This document shows, one piece after another, positions 28,339 through 37,350 of a DNA stretch of 64,000 nucleotides. The stretch is from a virus. Numbering within the stretch: the stretch's first letter is position 1; each line of letters starts with the position of its first letter. Under the pieces are notes generated by a model. That model did not search any database, was not told the origin of the DNA, and saw only the letters and a list, made by a program, of their open reading frames with translations. A program made the translations under genes and the position numbers. The stretch spans positions 44,451 to 108,450 of the IMG/VR virus record IMGVR_UViG_2030936005_000025; one strand, given 5' to 3'.

Positions 28339-28950
28339 CTAACTAAAGAGACGAGGAATTTCTTTCTCGAAATCAAACGGTTCAGCAAAGGTAGAAGTAT
28401 ACTCTACTACTTCGCGACGTTTAATGACGTTACCTTCTGGCACACCATCACGGAAAGGATGTTCATAACAGTCCAGTACGCGTACCACTTTGGTCGTATA
28501 GTAACTGTCGTATTTACGGAACACCTGATAAAGTGCACCATCACTTAGACGACGGAACTCCCAGATTTGTTTTCCATTAAGGAACACAGGGATCTGTTTG
28601 AAGTCACTGACATCAGCACGAGTTGATGTCTCACCCAGGCGATGAAGAACAGCCCAGAGACGATCTGTTTCAGTGTGATGCGGGGCACTGACTTTGCCAA
28701 AAGTACCCAACTGTATCTGACGGGCATGTTCCATCAGGATGTAGAACAGAGAAGATTCACAGTTAGGATGTTTACGATCGGTGATAGTGATCTCGGTTTC
28801 GTTATTATTCAAAGAAACGATAGAACCAAACTCTTCGGTTTTACCCATCGGTATTCCACGATCGATTTCACGGTGTGTGACCGTAACATCGATAACCAGT
28901 GAATTACCTTCGGTGATCTTCCACTCACGATAGCCCGTTACGATATTCAT
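28339..28950 (-). CDS. Hypothetical protein
   Basis: 203 aa. Confidence 0.65.
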   Translation of the reverse strand: MNIVTGYREWKITEGNSLVIDVTVTHREIDRGIPMGKTEEFGSIVSLNNNETEITITDRKHPNCESSLFYILMEHARQIQLGTFGKVSAPHHTETDRLWAVLHRLGETSTRADVSDFKQIPVFLNGKQIWEFRRLSDGALYQVFRKYDSYYTTKVVRVLDCYEHPFRDGVPEGNVIKRREVVEYTSTFAEPFDFEKEIPRLFS

Positions 28951-29270
28951 TTAAACAGTCCTTGTGCCTGACCCTGCATTGCTTTCATTACACCACCATC
29001 CTGCAACTTACCCATAACCATCACGAAAGTATCGCGATTGCTACCCAGGTAGTTGTTTTTGATAAGGGAGAGATTGAAGGCCCCCTGGATACGTGAAACC
29101 AAAGGACCGATCTGATCGTGATCCATGATCATTTCGATCGAGTGGGTTTTGATATCAGAAACAAAGAAGTTATCTTGCTCGCCAAGATCAGAGATGACGT
29201 CTTCAATCTTCTCTTTCATCTTTTCAAGAATACCACCACGAACAACAAGAATAAACTTAAACATAACCAA
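28947..29270 (-). CDS. Hypothetical protein
   Basis: 107 aa; overlap-coupled to the next gene. Confidence 0.6.
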   Translation of the reverse strand: MVMFKFILVVRGGILEKMKEKIEDVISDLGEQDNFFVSDIKTHSIEMIMDHDQIGPLVSRIQGAFNLSLIKNNYLGSNRDTFVMVMGKLQDGGVMKAMQGQAQGLFK

Positions 29271-29273
29271 TCC

Positions 29274-29726
29274 TTAATTAGTCTTAGTAAAGTTAAAGGA
29301 TGCACCGAAAATACAGCTGATTAGATTTAATCTGTCATCCATCCACGCAAGACGATGAGTAAATCCAGCCGCATTGATTTCGACCGACATGCAGAATGAG
29401 AATACTTCTGGCAATGGAAGACCAAGAGCTTTGTAGTCAATCTCAGGAAGTTTGAACTTCGAGATAGTTTCTTCACTCATGACCAACAAGTAAGGGACTT
29501 CAAAAGACACCTCTACTCTATTACGATCATCAGAGCTGATATCACACTGCATATAAGGAGCCAGTGCATCACTACCGACTAAGACAACGCTGTTATCTTT
29601 GTCTCTTATCTCAAATGCGATTTGATTGAGATGAACGCGAAGGTCTCTGCGCCGGAGTCCAATGAAAACATTGTTCTCAAGGTAATCCACATTAACCTTT
29701 TCATTGTCACTCATTTCTTTCCCCAC
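29274..29726 (-). CDS. Hypothetical protein
   Basis: 150 aa. Confidence 0.6.
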   Translation of the reverse strand: MGKEMSDNEKVNVDYLENNVFIGLRRRDLRVHLNQIAFEIRDKDNSVVLVGSDALAPYMQCDISSDDRNRVEVSFEVPYLLVMSEETISKFKLPEIDYKALGLPLPEVFSFCMSVEINAAGFTHRLAWMDDRLNLISCIFGASFNFTKTN

Positions 29727-29760
29727 AAAAGAAAACCGACCCTTTCGAGTCGGTGTGATG

Positions 29761-31728
29761 TTAGTTAGACAAGACCGCGATCATGCCTTTGAGATTATCC
29801 AGAGAACGGATATCAATCACCGGGATGTTGTACTTCTTCGCTTTCTCGATTTTGCTGGCAGAAGGTTTCTCACCGATCATCAGGACTTTACAACTTTTGG
29901 TGACTTTATCGCTGAGTACGAAACCGGCTTCTCCCAACTTGTCAGTCAGCATGTTTCTCGGCATCGCCACCCAACCACCGGAGATCGCAACTGGAATACC
30001 ATCCAGGGACGGTGTCCGTTCAAGAGTAAAGTCATAGTGACTCAGGAAATTGGTGATCTCATCCTGATTCTTGAGAACATGATTCCCAATCACTAAACCA
30101 TCCAGTCCAAACAGATCGCTCAGGAACGTTGCATCAGACATCAGTGCAATCAGTTCTTCTAAGTTATAGAAGTGGGTCCCTTCGTTGTTACGATTGGTGC
30201 CAGCATGGTTACTGATCTCAATCGCACGGACTTTACCCAGGCCTGGAATACCGAGTGCGCATAACCAACGATGCAGATCAAAGCTGTTGAGGTCTTTAAT
30301 CTGAGCAATGATGGATTCTGCCACACCACGATGGATACCTGAATTAATCAGATCGTCTTCTGTCAGTTTGAACAGGTCAGATGGATTAGAGAGGAAACCG
30401 TTATCCAGCAGACTTTGAATCCCTGCTTCACCCAGCCCTTTAATATCCAATCCGTCTTTACGATCAACCAAACGAATAAGCTGACGCACTAACTGACCAT
30501 CACAAGCTTGGTTATTACAGAAGGCCGTACCGGCTTCTTGATCCAGCGTGACCATTTCCTGACAGAAAGGACATTGGTCAGGATACTTCAGACGCTCGCC
30601 ATTACCCGCAGAGATCAGACCCACCATGCGTGGAATAATCTCGTTGGCTTTAATGACTTGAATCTTCGAGCCAATTGCCAGACCTTTATCAAAGTAACTC
30701 TGTGCATAATCGAGCTTAGCACGAGATAAGCTGGTTCCGTTATACTTCACCGGTTTAAACAGAAGAGTGCCGATTAACTGACCAATCATAGACAACGACC
30801 AATCAATACCGGTGACTTCGGTTTCCATGTGAATACTTGGGAACTTATAACACGTTGCATAAGTCCAGTACTCACCACCCTGAGGAACGTCCCAGGCACG
30901 CAGGTCATTGTTCTTTGCAACCAGACCATCAATCGGGTATTCAAGTTTAGGCGCACTTGGTAAATCCAAGAACTCCTGAAGCATCCCACCATCAACCAGC
31001 ATCGGTACGTCGAAGCCGATATCGGTGAAGTGATTGCGCAGTTCCAGATACGTGGCAAAATCTGCACGCACATTTGCGCTCGCACTGTAGACTTTGAAAT
31101 AGATCGGGAGATCCTTATCGCGGTCTGTGGCTTGGTGACGCTTCATTAAACCTGATACAGTAGAACGTGGATCAGTTTCTTCTTTATCCAGCTCATGCTT
31201 GGCGACATAACTGTCAAAGTCTTTGAACAAACAGAATGCTTCACCTGTGTATTCAGTACGACCTTTGTTTACATCACCAGGAATATGGTCTGGAACATTA
31301 TGTAGCAGGTGTCGGCGATGTGAGAGATCGGCACCATTGGTACGATCACCCCGAGTATGAATCCGAGCAAGATCCCCATCCACATAGATAATGCGGAGCG
31401 CCATGCCATCGAGTTTGTCCTCATGAACCGCGTTAGATTCGGTTTTCTCTTTTACCCAATCCAAGTAGTCGTCCTTTTTCTTCTTCTTACTGACAGAAAG
31501 CATCGGTTCAACTATTGGGACCAATTCCATTGAGGGATCAGGTGCAACGAAACCCTGTCCGTAAGTTGTGGTGTACTCAGGACGCGCTTCACGAAGTCTA
31601 CGGTACTCGCTAGAGAGTTCTTCGTATTGATCGTCACTAATCTGTGGCTTGTCCATCTCGAAATAAAGATAGTCATGATATTTCAATTGACCTTCTAATT
31701 CAAGAAGGCGCTTGATTACATCTGGCAT
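29761..31728 (-). CDS. ligA: NAD-dependent DNA ligase
   Basis: N-terminal Y...PQISDDQY, PMLS, KLDG adenylation motif, TRGD, YPIDG, C4 zinc finger (CPFC...C...C), HhH repeats (IKGLGE, IPGLG) and BRCT. Confidence 0.93.
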   Translation of the reverse strand: MPDVIKRLLELEGQLKYHDYLYFEMDKPQISDDQYEELSSEYRRLREARPEYTTTYGQGFVAPDPSMELVPIVEPMLSVSKKKKKDDYLDWVKEKTESNAVHEDKLDGMALRIIYVDGDLARIHTRGDRTNGADLSHRRHLLHNVPDHIPGDVNKGRTEYTGEAFCLFKDFDSYVAKHELDKEETDPRSTVSGLMKRHQATDRDKDLPIYFKVYSASANVRADFATYLELRNHFTDIGFDVPMLVDGGMLQEFLDLPSAPKLEYPIDGLVAKNNDLRAWDVPQGGEYWTYATCYKFPSIHMETEVTGIDWSLSMIGQLIGTLLFKPVKYNGTSLSRAKLDYAQSYFDKGLAIGSKIQVIKANEIIPRMVGLISAGNGERLKYPDQCPFCQEMVTLDQEAGTAFCNNQACDGQLVRQLIRLVDRKDGLDIKGLGEAGIQSLLDNGFLSNPSDLFKLTEDDLINSGIHRGVAESIIAQIKDLNSFDLHRWLCALGIPGLGKVRAIEISNHAGTNRNNEGTHFYNLEELIALMSDATFLSDLFGLDGLVIGNHVLKNQDEITNFLSHYDFTLERTPSLDGIPVAISGGWVAMPRNMLTDKLGEAGFVLSDKVTKSCKVLMIGEKPSASKIEKAKKYNIPVIDIRSLDNLKGMIAVLSN

Positions 31729-31800
31729 AATTACCTCTGGTTAAAATAGAGTGTCTTAATATAAGACATTCCCTGATTTATTAATAAACGGCAAAGGACT

Positions 31801-31830
31801 AACTTGAGATGGCGTTACCCATCTCAAGTT
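31801..31830 (-). terminator. Hairpin terminator candidate
   Basis: aacttgagatgg-cgttac-ccatctcaagtt. Confidence 0.6.
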
Positions 31831-31838
31831 AAGTTAAG

Positions 31839-32114
31839 TTACATAGCAGCCAAAATGTTTGCAACCGAAGTCTCAGTAGATACATTGTTATCCGTCAGAG
31901 TATAACCGATCAAACTACCATCGTCTCCGAAAGTCAGAAACGCTTTAACTGCACCAGCAAAGCTGATTGTGCCAGTACGACCGCCAACTGGGTCATTCTG
32001 AATATCAACAATTGCATTGACGCCGCCGATAGATTGATCGAAACCCATAGATGGAGTCAGAACAAGAGACAGCGGGTCGCAGATACAAGGGATACTGCGG
32101 GGGTTCATAAACAT
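31839..32114 (-). CDS. Hypothetical protein
   Basis: 91 aa; SD gagga. Confidence 0.55.
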   Translation of the reverse strand: MFMNPRSIPCICDPLSLVLTPSMGFDQSIGGVNAIVDIQNDPVGGRTGTISFAGAVKAFLTFGDDGSLIGYTLTDNNVSTETSVANILAAM

Positions 32115-32180
32115 GAGTTCTTCCTCAAATTAAAAATGTGTTCCTTTCAAAACATCAATGCGTGCGTCAAAATTAACTTT

Positions 32181-32963
32181 TTAAGATCCCCAACCGACAA
32201 ATTGTGCGGTGTTGGCTTGTGCTGCAATCAGCTTCTCATCACCATTAAAGTAATCAGGTTGAGTTACTTTTGGTTGTTGGGCTGTCTTATAGCTTTTAAT
32301 CTGATCAACGTAAGCTGCTCGCTCTCGTTCGACGATGGTGTTCATATAGGTACGGAATTCGCGAGCCGTTCGGACTTTGCCGTTAGGTTTGACGAAGAGT
32401 CCCCAGTTACCTTTAGAAATCTTCACAAGTCGATTCATTGGCGTGTTGCTGTTACTGTTGATAACCCTGACGGCCATATCACGCCCTAGGAAGTGGGTCA
32501 TGTATTGGTCACCAAGTTTAACTTGGGATTCGGTTAAGTGAGTGCGTTCAACAAGATATCGTTTAGAATCTAGAAGACTGGCGGCACCAATGAGTAGACT
32601 GGCTCGTGCATTCATTCGTGATGCGTTCGAGGAAAGTCCGACTTGACTATGGTAGGCTTTGCGGTCTGCTGCCCAAGTACCTTTGGTATGTCCTAACATA
32701 CCGGAGGCTGATGAGTGTTTACTTTGTGCACCCGATTTTAAATCTGATTCGATACTCGCAATGGCGGTTAAATCGCCCATGTCCATACCGGTTGTTTTAG
32801 AAGCATAATAGAGATCAGCTTTAACCTTGTTAAAACGCTCCGACATTACTTTCTTTGTGTAGTCAGTTGGATTAGCGCCAACTGAAGCATGCGCAACGGA
32901 AAGACTTCCTACAAAGACCAGCACCATTGCCAGCATAATAGAAAGGATATTTGTGGATTTCAT
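32181..32963 (-). CDS. Lytic transglycosylase (SLT / phiKZ gp144-like catalytic domain) with Sec signal peptide
   Basis: IASIES catalytic Glu, SSASG...GTW, YMTHFLG and N..LF...G..RT motifs; N-terminal MKSTNILSIMLAMVLVFVGSLSVAHA. Confidence 0.8.
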   Translation of the reverse strand: MKSTNILSIMLAMVLVFVGSLSVAHASVGANPTDYTKKVMSERFNKVKADLYYASKTTGMDMGDLTAIASIESDLKSGAQSKHSSASGMLGHTKGTWAADRKAYHSQVGLSSNASRMNARASLLIGAASLLDSKRYLVERTHLTESQVKLGDQYMTHFLGRDMAVRVINSNSNTPMNRLVKISKGNWGLFVKPNGKVRTAREFRTYMNTIVERERAAYVDQIKSYKTAQQPKVTQPDYFNGDEKLIAAQANTAQFVGWGS

Positions 32964-33013
32964 TTTAGTACCTATTGGTTTAAAGTGTAGTGAAAAGAAT
33001 ATTATTTTTCTTT

Positions 33014-33036
33014 TACATTTCGATAATATCTGCCTA
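33014..33036 (-). promoter_or_regulatory. Putative phage early promoter
   Basis: Minus strand reads AGGCAGATATTA-tcgaa-ATGTA. Confidence 0.6.
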
Positions 33037-33154
33037 AAAAGATATACGTTGATAATTTCTATACATCGGTATTATCCGATATATAAATGCCGTGTTTAGC
33101 AAAGGATTAAAAGTCCCCTAGAGTTTCCTCTAAGAGACTCATCCATTTTTATTA

Positions 33155-33766
33155 TTATGCTACGATTTCACGGCGATAGGTCTGTACCACTTCCTGTGGT
33201 TTATTTTTGAACAGGGACACAGTAGAACGAGAGTCTTTGTGTTTCATGTCCAGTGTGATGCCCAGAATCTGCGGTTTATCATTGTCGTAATTCCCCACGG
33301 TGGAGAATTCTAAACAACGTGTACCGCGAGCATAATTCAACTTCAATTCAATCTCTAAGAGATCAGGGTAGTTAGGACCGAGACCCTTGGTACCCGTTTG
33401 AGTATGGATGATGGAACGAGAAGGAATGCTTAATGTCCCGTTGAAGCCCCAGTTCGCTGCATCCAGTTTCTCAAGCTTGATACGATGATAAACACGGAAC
33501 TGATCCCAATACCCTTCATAGTGCATGTGGAACAGGATGTCGTCCAGGTAGAAGTGATCCAGATCGATCTCTTCCGTTACCGACATATAACGTTCTTTAG
33601 GGCGGCACAACTCAACCAGGTTAGGAACCTTTCCTGGTTTGATGTATCCAGAAGAATAACCGCCAGCGGTGTAGTCAGGATCGATGATGTGCCAGGTATC
33701 AAAGATGGCCGGATCTACAAACAGGTGACGTGATTCTGCTGACGCGATTGGATAAAGTGCTTCCAT
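33155..33766 (-). CDS. Hypothetical protein
   Basis: 203 aa; SD aaggt. Confidence 0.65.
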   Translation of the reverse strand: MEALYPIASAESRHLFVDPAIFDTWHIIDPDYTAGGYSSGYIKPGKVPNLVELCRPKERYMSVTEEIDLDHFYLDDILFHMHYEGYWDQFRVYHRIKLEKLDAANWGFNGTLSIPSRSIIHTQTGTKGLGPNYPDLLEIELKLNYARGTRCLEFSTVGNYDNDKPQILGITLDMKHKDSRSTVSLFKNKPQEVVQTYRREIVA

Positions 33767-33812
33767 TGTAATACCTTTGAGTAAAGTAAAGAGGGGAGAA
33801 CTCTCCCCTAAA

Positions 33813-36302
33813 TTAACGAATTACGCTGTTCTCGTTGACAGCAAATCCAACACGAATACCTTCGATGTTCAACGCGATGATGTTGGCAGCAAAGTTACCC
33901 GCATACTCTTTGTAGTTATGGGAGATCATAAAGGTCTGCGGTAATTTATCCAGTCGAGTCTGTTCTGCGATATACGCAAAGAACCGACCACGGTGAAGTT
34001 CATCAAACGCAACCCCTACCTCGTCCATCATCAATGGCAATGGACAACGTTCACCCAAATAACGACGTAAGACCAAACGGAAAGCAAAGTTAATAATCTC
34101 ACGTTCACCACCAGAGCCATCGCCAATATCTTTACTGGCTTTGTTTTCAGACCCGGAGATAAGTGGGAAGTTATAACTTAATTCAACATCTTCCTCAGAC
34201 TTACTGGTTGAGCAGTTCAATACTGACAAACGGTTAGTCCAGATAGGTTGAATAATCGCATTCACGTTTGCGACCACTGATTTCAAGAAGTCATTCATTA
34301 GATAACCAATCAACCCTTTTACCGGTGACAGACCGTCTAATAAAAGCTGTGTGTGTTTCTCACGTTTCTCTAAATCAGCGATGTTGTCTTTGATAGATTG
34401 AATAACTGAATGCAAAGACTCAGCACGGATTAAGTTCGAGATAAGTTGTTCTTTACGTGGCGTCAGATCGTTAATGATATCTTCCACGCGAAGCTTAATC
34501 TTGAATTGCCCGTTACGATGCAAACGGTCAGATAATTCTTCCATCAGAATAGCGAGACGATCACGTCGTTGTTCATCTTCCACAATGGCTTCCATTTGAA
34601 CACGGATACCACTGAGTTTATCAAGAACACGGCGAACAGATCGTTGTGTAGCTGCTAACTCACGTTCAACGTACTCCGCACGTTTAAACAGTGTTTCGAC
34701 GTCAGAGCTTTCCAAGAAAGTGATTTGCTTTTCAACAGATTCTTTTTCTTCATCCAGAACAGCTAATGTCTCTTTTACATTGCTGTATTCCATGGTGTCC
34801 TGCACCAGACTGATCAACACGTTAATATCACGTTTACCAATTCCATAGTTACGAATCAACGTGTTATAGATCTGTGGAATATCTGACGCTTGTGAGAAAC
34901 GCAACATATCCATCATCGAATCATACCAACCCTGGTTGTCCTCGATGTAACTGGTGTACTCGGCAATCTTACTCTTCAGGTCTTGGCGTCTTACTGTGAA
35001 GTCCTGAGCCTGTTGGGTAAGTTGGTTAACATTGATTTCAGTGAAACCCGGTTTAAATCGAGTTTGGCATTTAGGACAGTCCACGGCATCGGCACGATTA
35101 TAGTGTTCTAGCGTGTGATCGATCTCAGTGATCTTTCTTTTGAGGTTATCCGACTCATGAGTGACGGATACTAACTTCTGCTGAACTTCTTTAAACTTAG
35201 CCGACGTAATCTCTGGATCCACTGCACGGTTCACAGAACGAATCTGATAGATGAAGTTACTGGCACGGTTAACGAAGTAAGCAAAGTCTCTGACGTCACT
35301 TGGTTGTGGGACAAAGTCAGGATGATCAGCGAAACGTTTGGTGAGATAATCAAAACGGGTTTGGTTATCTTCGCGTTGAGTTAACAAGTTAGTTAAACGT
35401 AACTTGTAACTATCCAAGTTAGACCCTGTTTCACCTAAGCCTGCTAGTTGACCTGCGAACTCTGTTAACATCGTGGAGAAACGAATCTCACGCGCTTTGT
35501 GATAATCCAATGTTCCTGTCAGGTTCTCTTTCTGTTGAAGCAGAACAGACATCGGTTGTTTCACCACACTCGAGCTACCGATCAAGAATGAGGTAATGTT
35601 GCCAATCTCATCTTTGAGTGGAGCAATACTTTCGTGGTTGATGTGTTGCAGTTCACCGTGAATGATTAACGCGTTCTTAATCTGTCCATCCAGCGTTCTG
35701 ATTTCATCTTGCAGTTTAGCAGCATCCAAAGCAGCTAATTGTGCTAAACGACCTTCCTCAACCACCAAACGTTGACGCTGTGTCTTCAACCCACCTTTAA
35801 TCGCGTTGTGGTTCGATTTAAGCTTATCAAACATCTTCAAGGCGTAACTGGTGTCATTTGGGTTGATTGCCATCAGAAGCTCTTTACGGCGTGCTGATGA
35901 GAGAGTGGTAAATAAATCCCTGACATCCAAACCGGTCACAAAGTTTTTGATGTTTTGTGTAATGCCGAAATGCAGCTTCACTAACTCACGTTGAGATAAG
36001 AGTGTATTTCCTTCATTCAGGTTTTTACCGTTGTGAATGAAATGATGCTCTGATGATTTCCCCGTGGATGATTTGAGGATATAAGTATCTTTGCCCGTGA
36101 CAATATGGACTTCCTTATATCCGCCCGGTTCATAATCCGCGTTGTCTGGCGGAAATGGTGTAAGCTCACGCATTAGTGAGGTCTTACCAAATCCATTACG
36201 CCCCAGAATAATGTTGAACATATCTTTAGTCGTTAATTCGACATAAGTAACATTCTTCTTAAACAGCGGGGTATAATTCTTTAGAATCAATTTGGTTATC
36301 AT
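33813..36302 (-). CDS. sbcC: SbcC/Rad50-like SMC ATPase
   Basis: Walker A GRNGFGKTS, long coiled coils, central CPKC zinc hook, GSGGE signature and Walker B LMMDE...ISH. Confidence 0.88.
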   Translation of the reverse strand: MITKLILKNYTPLFKKNVTYVELTTKDMFNIILGRNGFGKTSLMRELTPFPPDNADYEPGGYKEVHIVTGKDTYILKSSTGKSSEHHFIHNGKNLNEGNTLLSQRELVKLHFGITQNIKNFVTGLDVRDLFTTLSSARRKELLMAINPNDTSYALKMFDKLKSNHNAIKGGLKTQRQRLVVEEGRLAQLAALDAAKLQDEIRTLDGQIKNALIIHGELQHINHESIAPLKDEIGNITSFLIGSSSVVKQPMSVLLQQKENLTGTLDYHKAREIRFSTMLTEFAGQLAGLGETGSNLDSYKLRLTNLLTQREDNQTRFDYLTKRFADHPDFVPQPSDVRDFAYFVNRASNFIYQIRSVNRAVDPEITSAKFKEVQQKLVSVTHESDNLKRKITEIDHTLEHYNRADAVDCPKCQTRFKPGFTEINVNQLTQQAQDFTVRRQDLKSKIAEYTSYIEDNQGWYDSMMDMLRFSQASDIPQIYNTLIRNYGIGKRDINVLISLVQDTMEYSNVKETLAVLDEEKESVEKQITFLESSDVETLFKRAEYVERELAATQRSVRRVLDKLSGIRVQMEAIVEDEQRRDRLAILMEELSDRLHRNGQFKIKLRVEDIINDLTPRKEQLISNLIRAESLHSVIQSIKDNIADLEKREKHTQLLLDGLSPVKGLIGYLMNDFLKSVVANVNAIIQPIWTNRLSVLNCSTSKSEEDVELSYNFPLISGSENKASKDIGDGSGGEREIINFAFRLVLRRYLGERCPLPLMMDEVGVAFDELHRGRFFAYIAEQTRLDKLPQTFMISHNYKEYAGNFAANIIALNIEGIRVGFAVNENSVIR

Positions 36303-36322
36303 AATACCCTCAAAGGTCTAAT

Positions 36323-37303
36323 ATGAATATTCTTGAGTGCTTCGGGGTTGGTACTGTCGCTATGGACAAAGAGACCAACTCCGATGAAATACAGGTACAC
36401 GTTAAGTCACTGTTTCCTGAAACGGATGGTGAAGTTCAAACCACAGCAGAAACTAAAACTGTAACTACACAAACACCCACAGGTGATACTAACTCCAGTA
36501 CTACTTTACAAACTAACACCATCTCAGCGAAATGGATGGGGGTTAACACCAATCGTATCACGCCACCTGATGTGCGCGTCGGTAGTAAAGTAGTAATCTA
36601 TAAATTCCAGGGTCAGAATACTTATCGTTGGACATACTTCGGGATGGACGGAACTTTACGTCTGGAAACGATAATCTGGGCGTTCTCTGCTTCTCCTAAT
36701 GTCAATGAAAACTCTCCGGTTAACAAAGACAACTATTACATGTTCTTCCTCAGCACCCATCAGAAAAAGATTCAGCTGATTACAGGACAAGGTAATGGTG
36801 AACCAACCAGTTATGTCCTGGAGTTGAATACAGGCACTGGGCAGTTCAGTATTGTGGATGGTGAGGAGAATGTGATTTCATTGAACTCGATGGAGCATGC
36901 TTTCTCTTACTTGAATGCCGAGAAGACATACTTTAACTTCATGAAGAAGAACATCACGCTGTCTTGTGAAGATACCTTGATCTTGAAAGCTGCTGAGAAG
37001 ATTCTGATGCAGTGTAAAGAACTGGTGTTGAAAGCCACTACGTCGATCAACGTGGAAACACAAACCACAACGTGGAAGTCACCGAAGTTTAATCTTGAGG
37101 GTGATGTTACCCACAAAGGTAACTATACTCAGACGGGCAACTATACCCAAACGGGTAACACTGAAATTACCGGCGCATTCAGTCAGTCTGGCGGTGCAGG
37201 TAATGTATCTGGTGGTTGGAAAATTGACAACGTCACTTACATTGGACACTTCCATAAAGGTGTTCAGAGTGGTGGTGCTCAAACAGACGGTCTTGCTGGA
37301 TAA
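36323..37303 (+). CDS. Baseplate central spike (OB-fold, beta-helix, HxH apex)
   Basis: PPDVRVGSKV OB region, GNYTQT repeats and C-terminal GHFHKGVQSGG like P2 gpV/phi92 gp138 tips. Confidence 0.8.
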   Translation: MNILECFGVGTVAMDKETNSDEIQVHVKSLFPETDGEVQTTAETKTVTTQTPTGDTNSSTTLQTNTISAKWMGVNTNRITPPDVRVGSKVVIYKFQGQNTYRWTYFGMDGTLRLETIIWAFSASPNVNENSPVNKDNYYMFFLSTHQKKIQLITGQGNGEPTSYVLELNTGTGQFSIVDGEENVISLNSMEHAFSYLNAEKTYFNFMKKNITLSCEDTLILKAAEKILMQCKELVLKATTSINVETQTTTWKSPKFNLEGDVTHKGNYTQTGNYTQTGNTEITGAFSQSGGAGNVSGGWKIDNVTYIGHFHKGVQSGGAQTDGLAG

Positions 37304-37312
37304 CAAATATAA

Positions 37313-37342
37313 CTCCTACTTCCCCAATTGGGGAAGTAGGAG
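37313..37342. terminator. Bidirectional terminator (perfect 30-bp palindrome)
   Basis: ctcctacttccccaattggggaagtaggag between convergent genes. Confidence 0.75.
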
Positions 37343-37350
37343 AGTATGAC

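Noticed and set aside
29761..36302. Inteins or introns in the ligase or SbcC
   Set aside because: Lengths and motif spacing look normal; no splicing or homing-endonuclease motifs seen.
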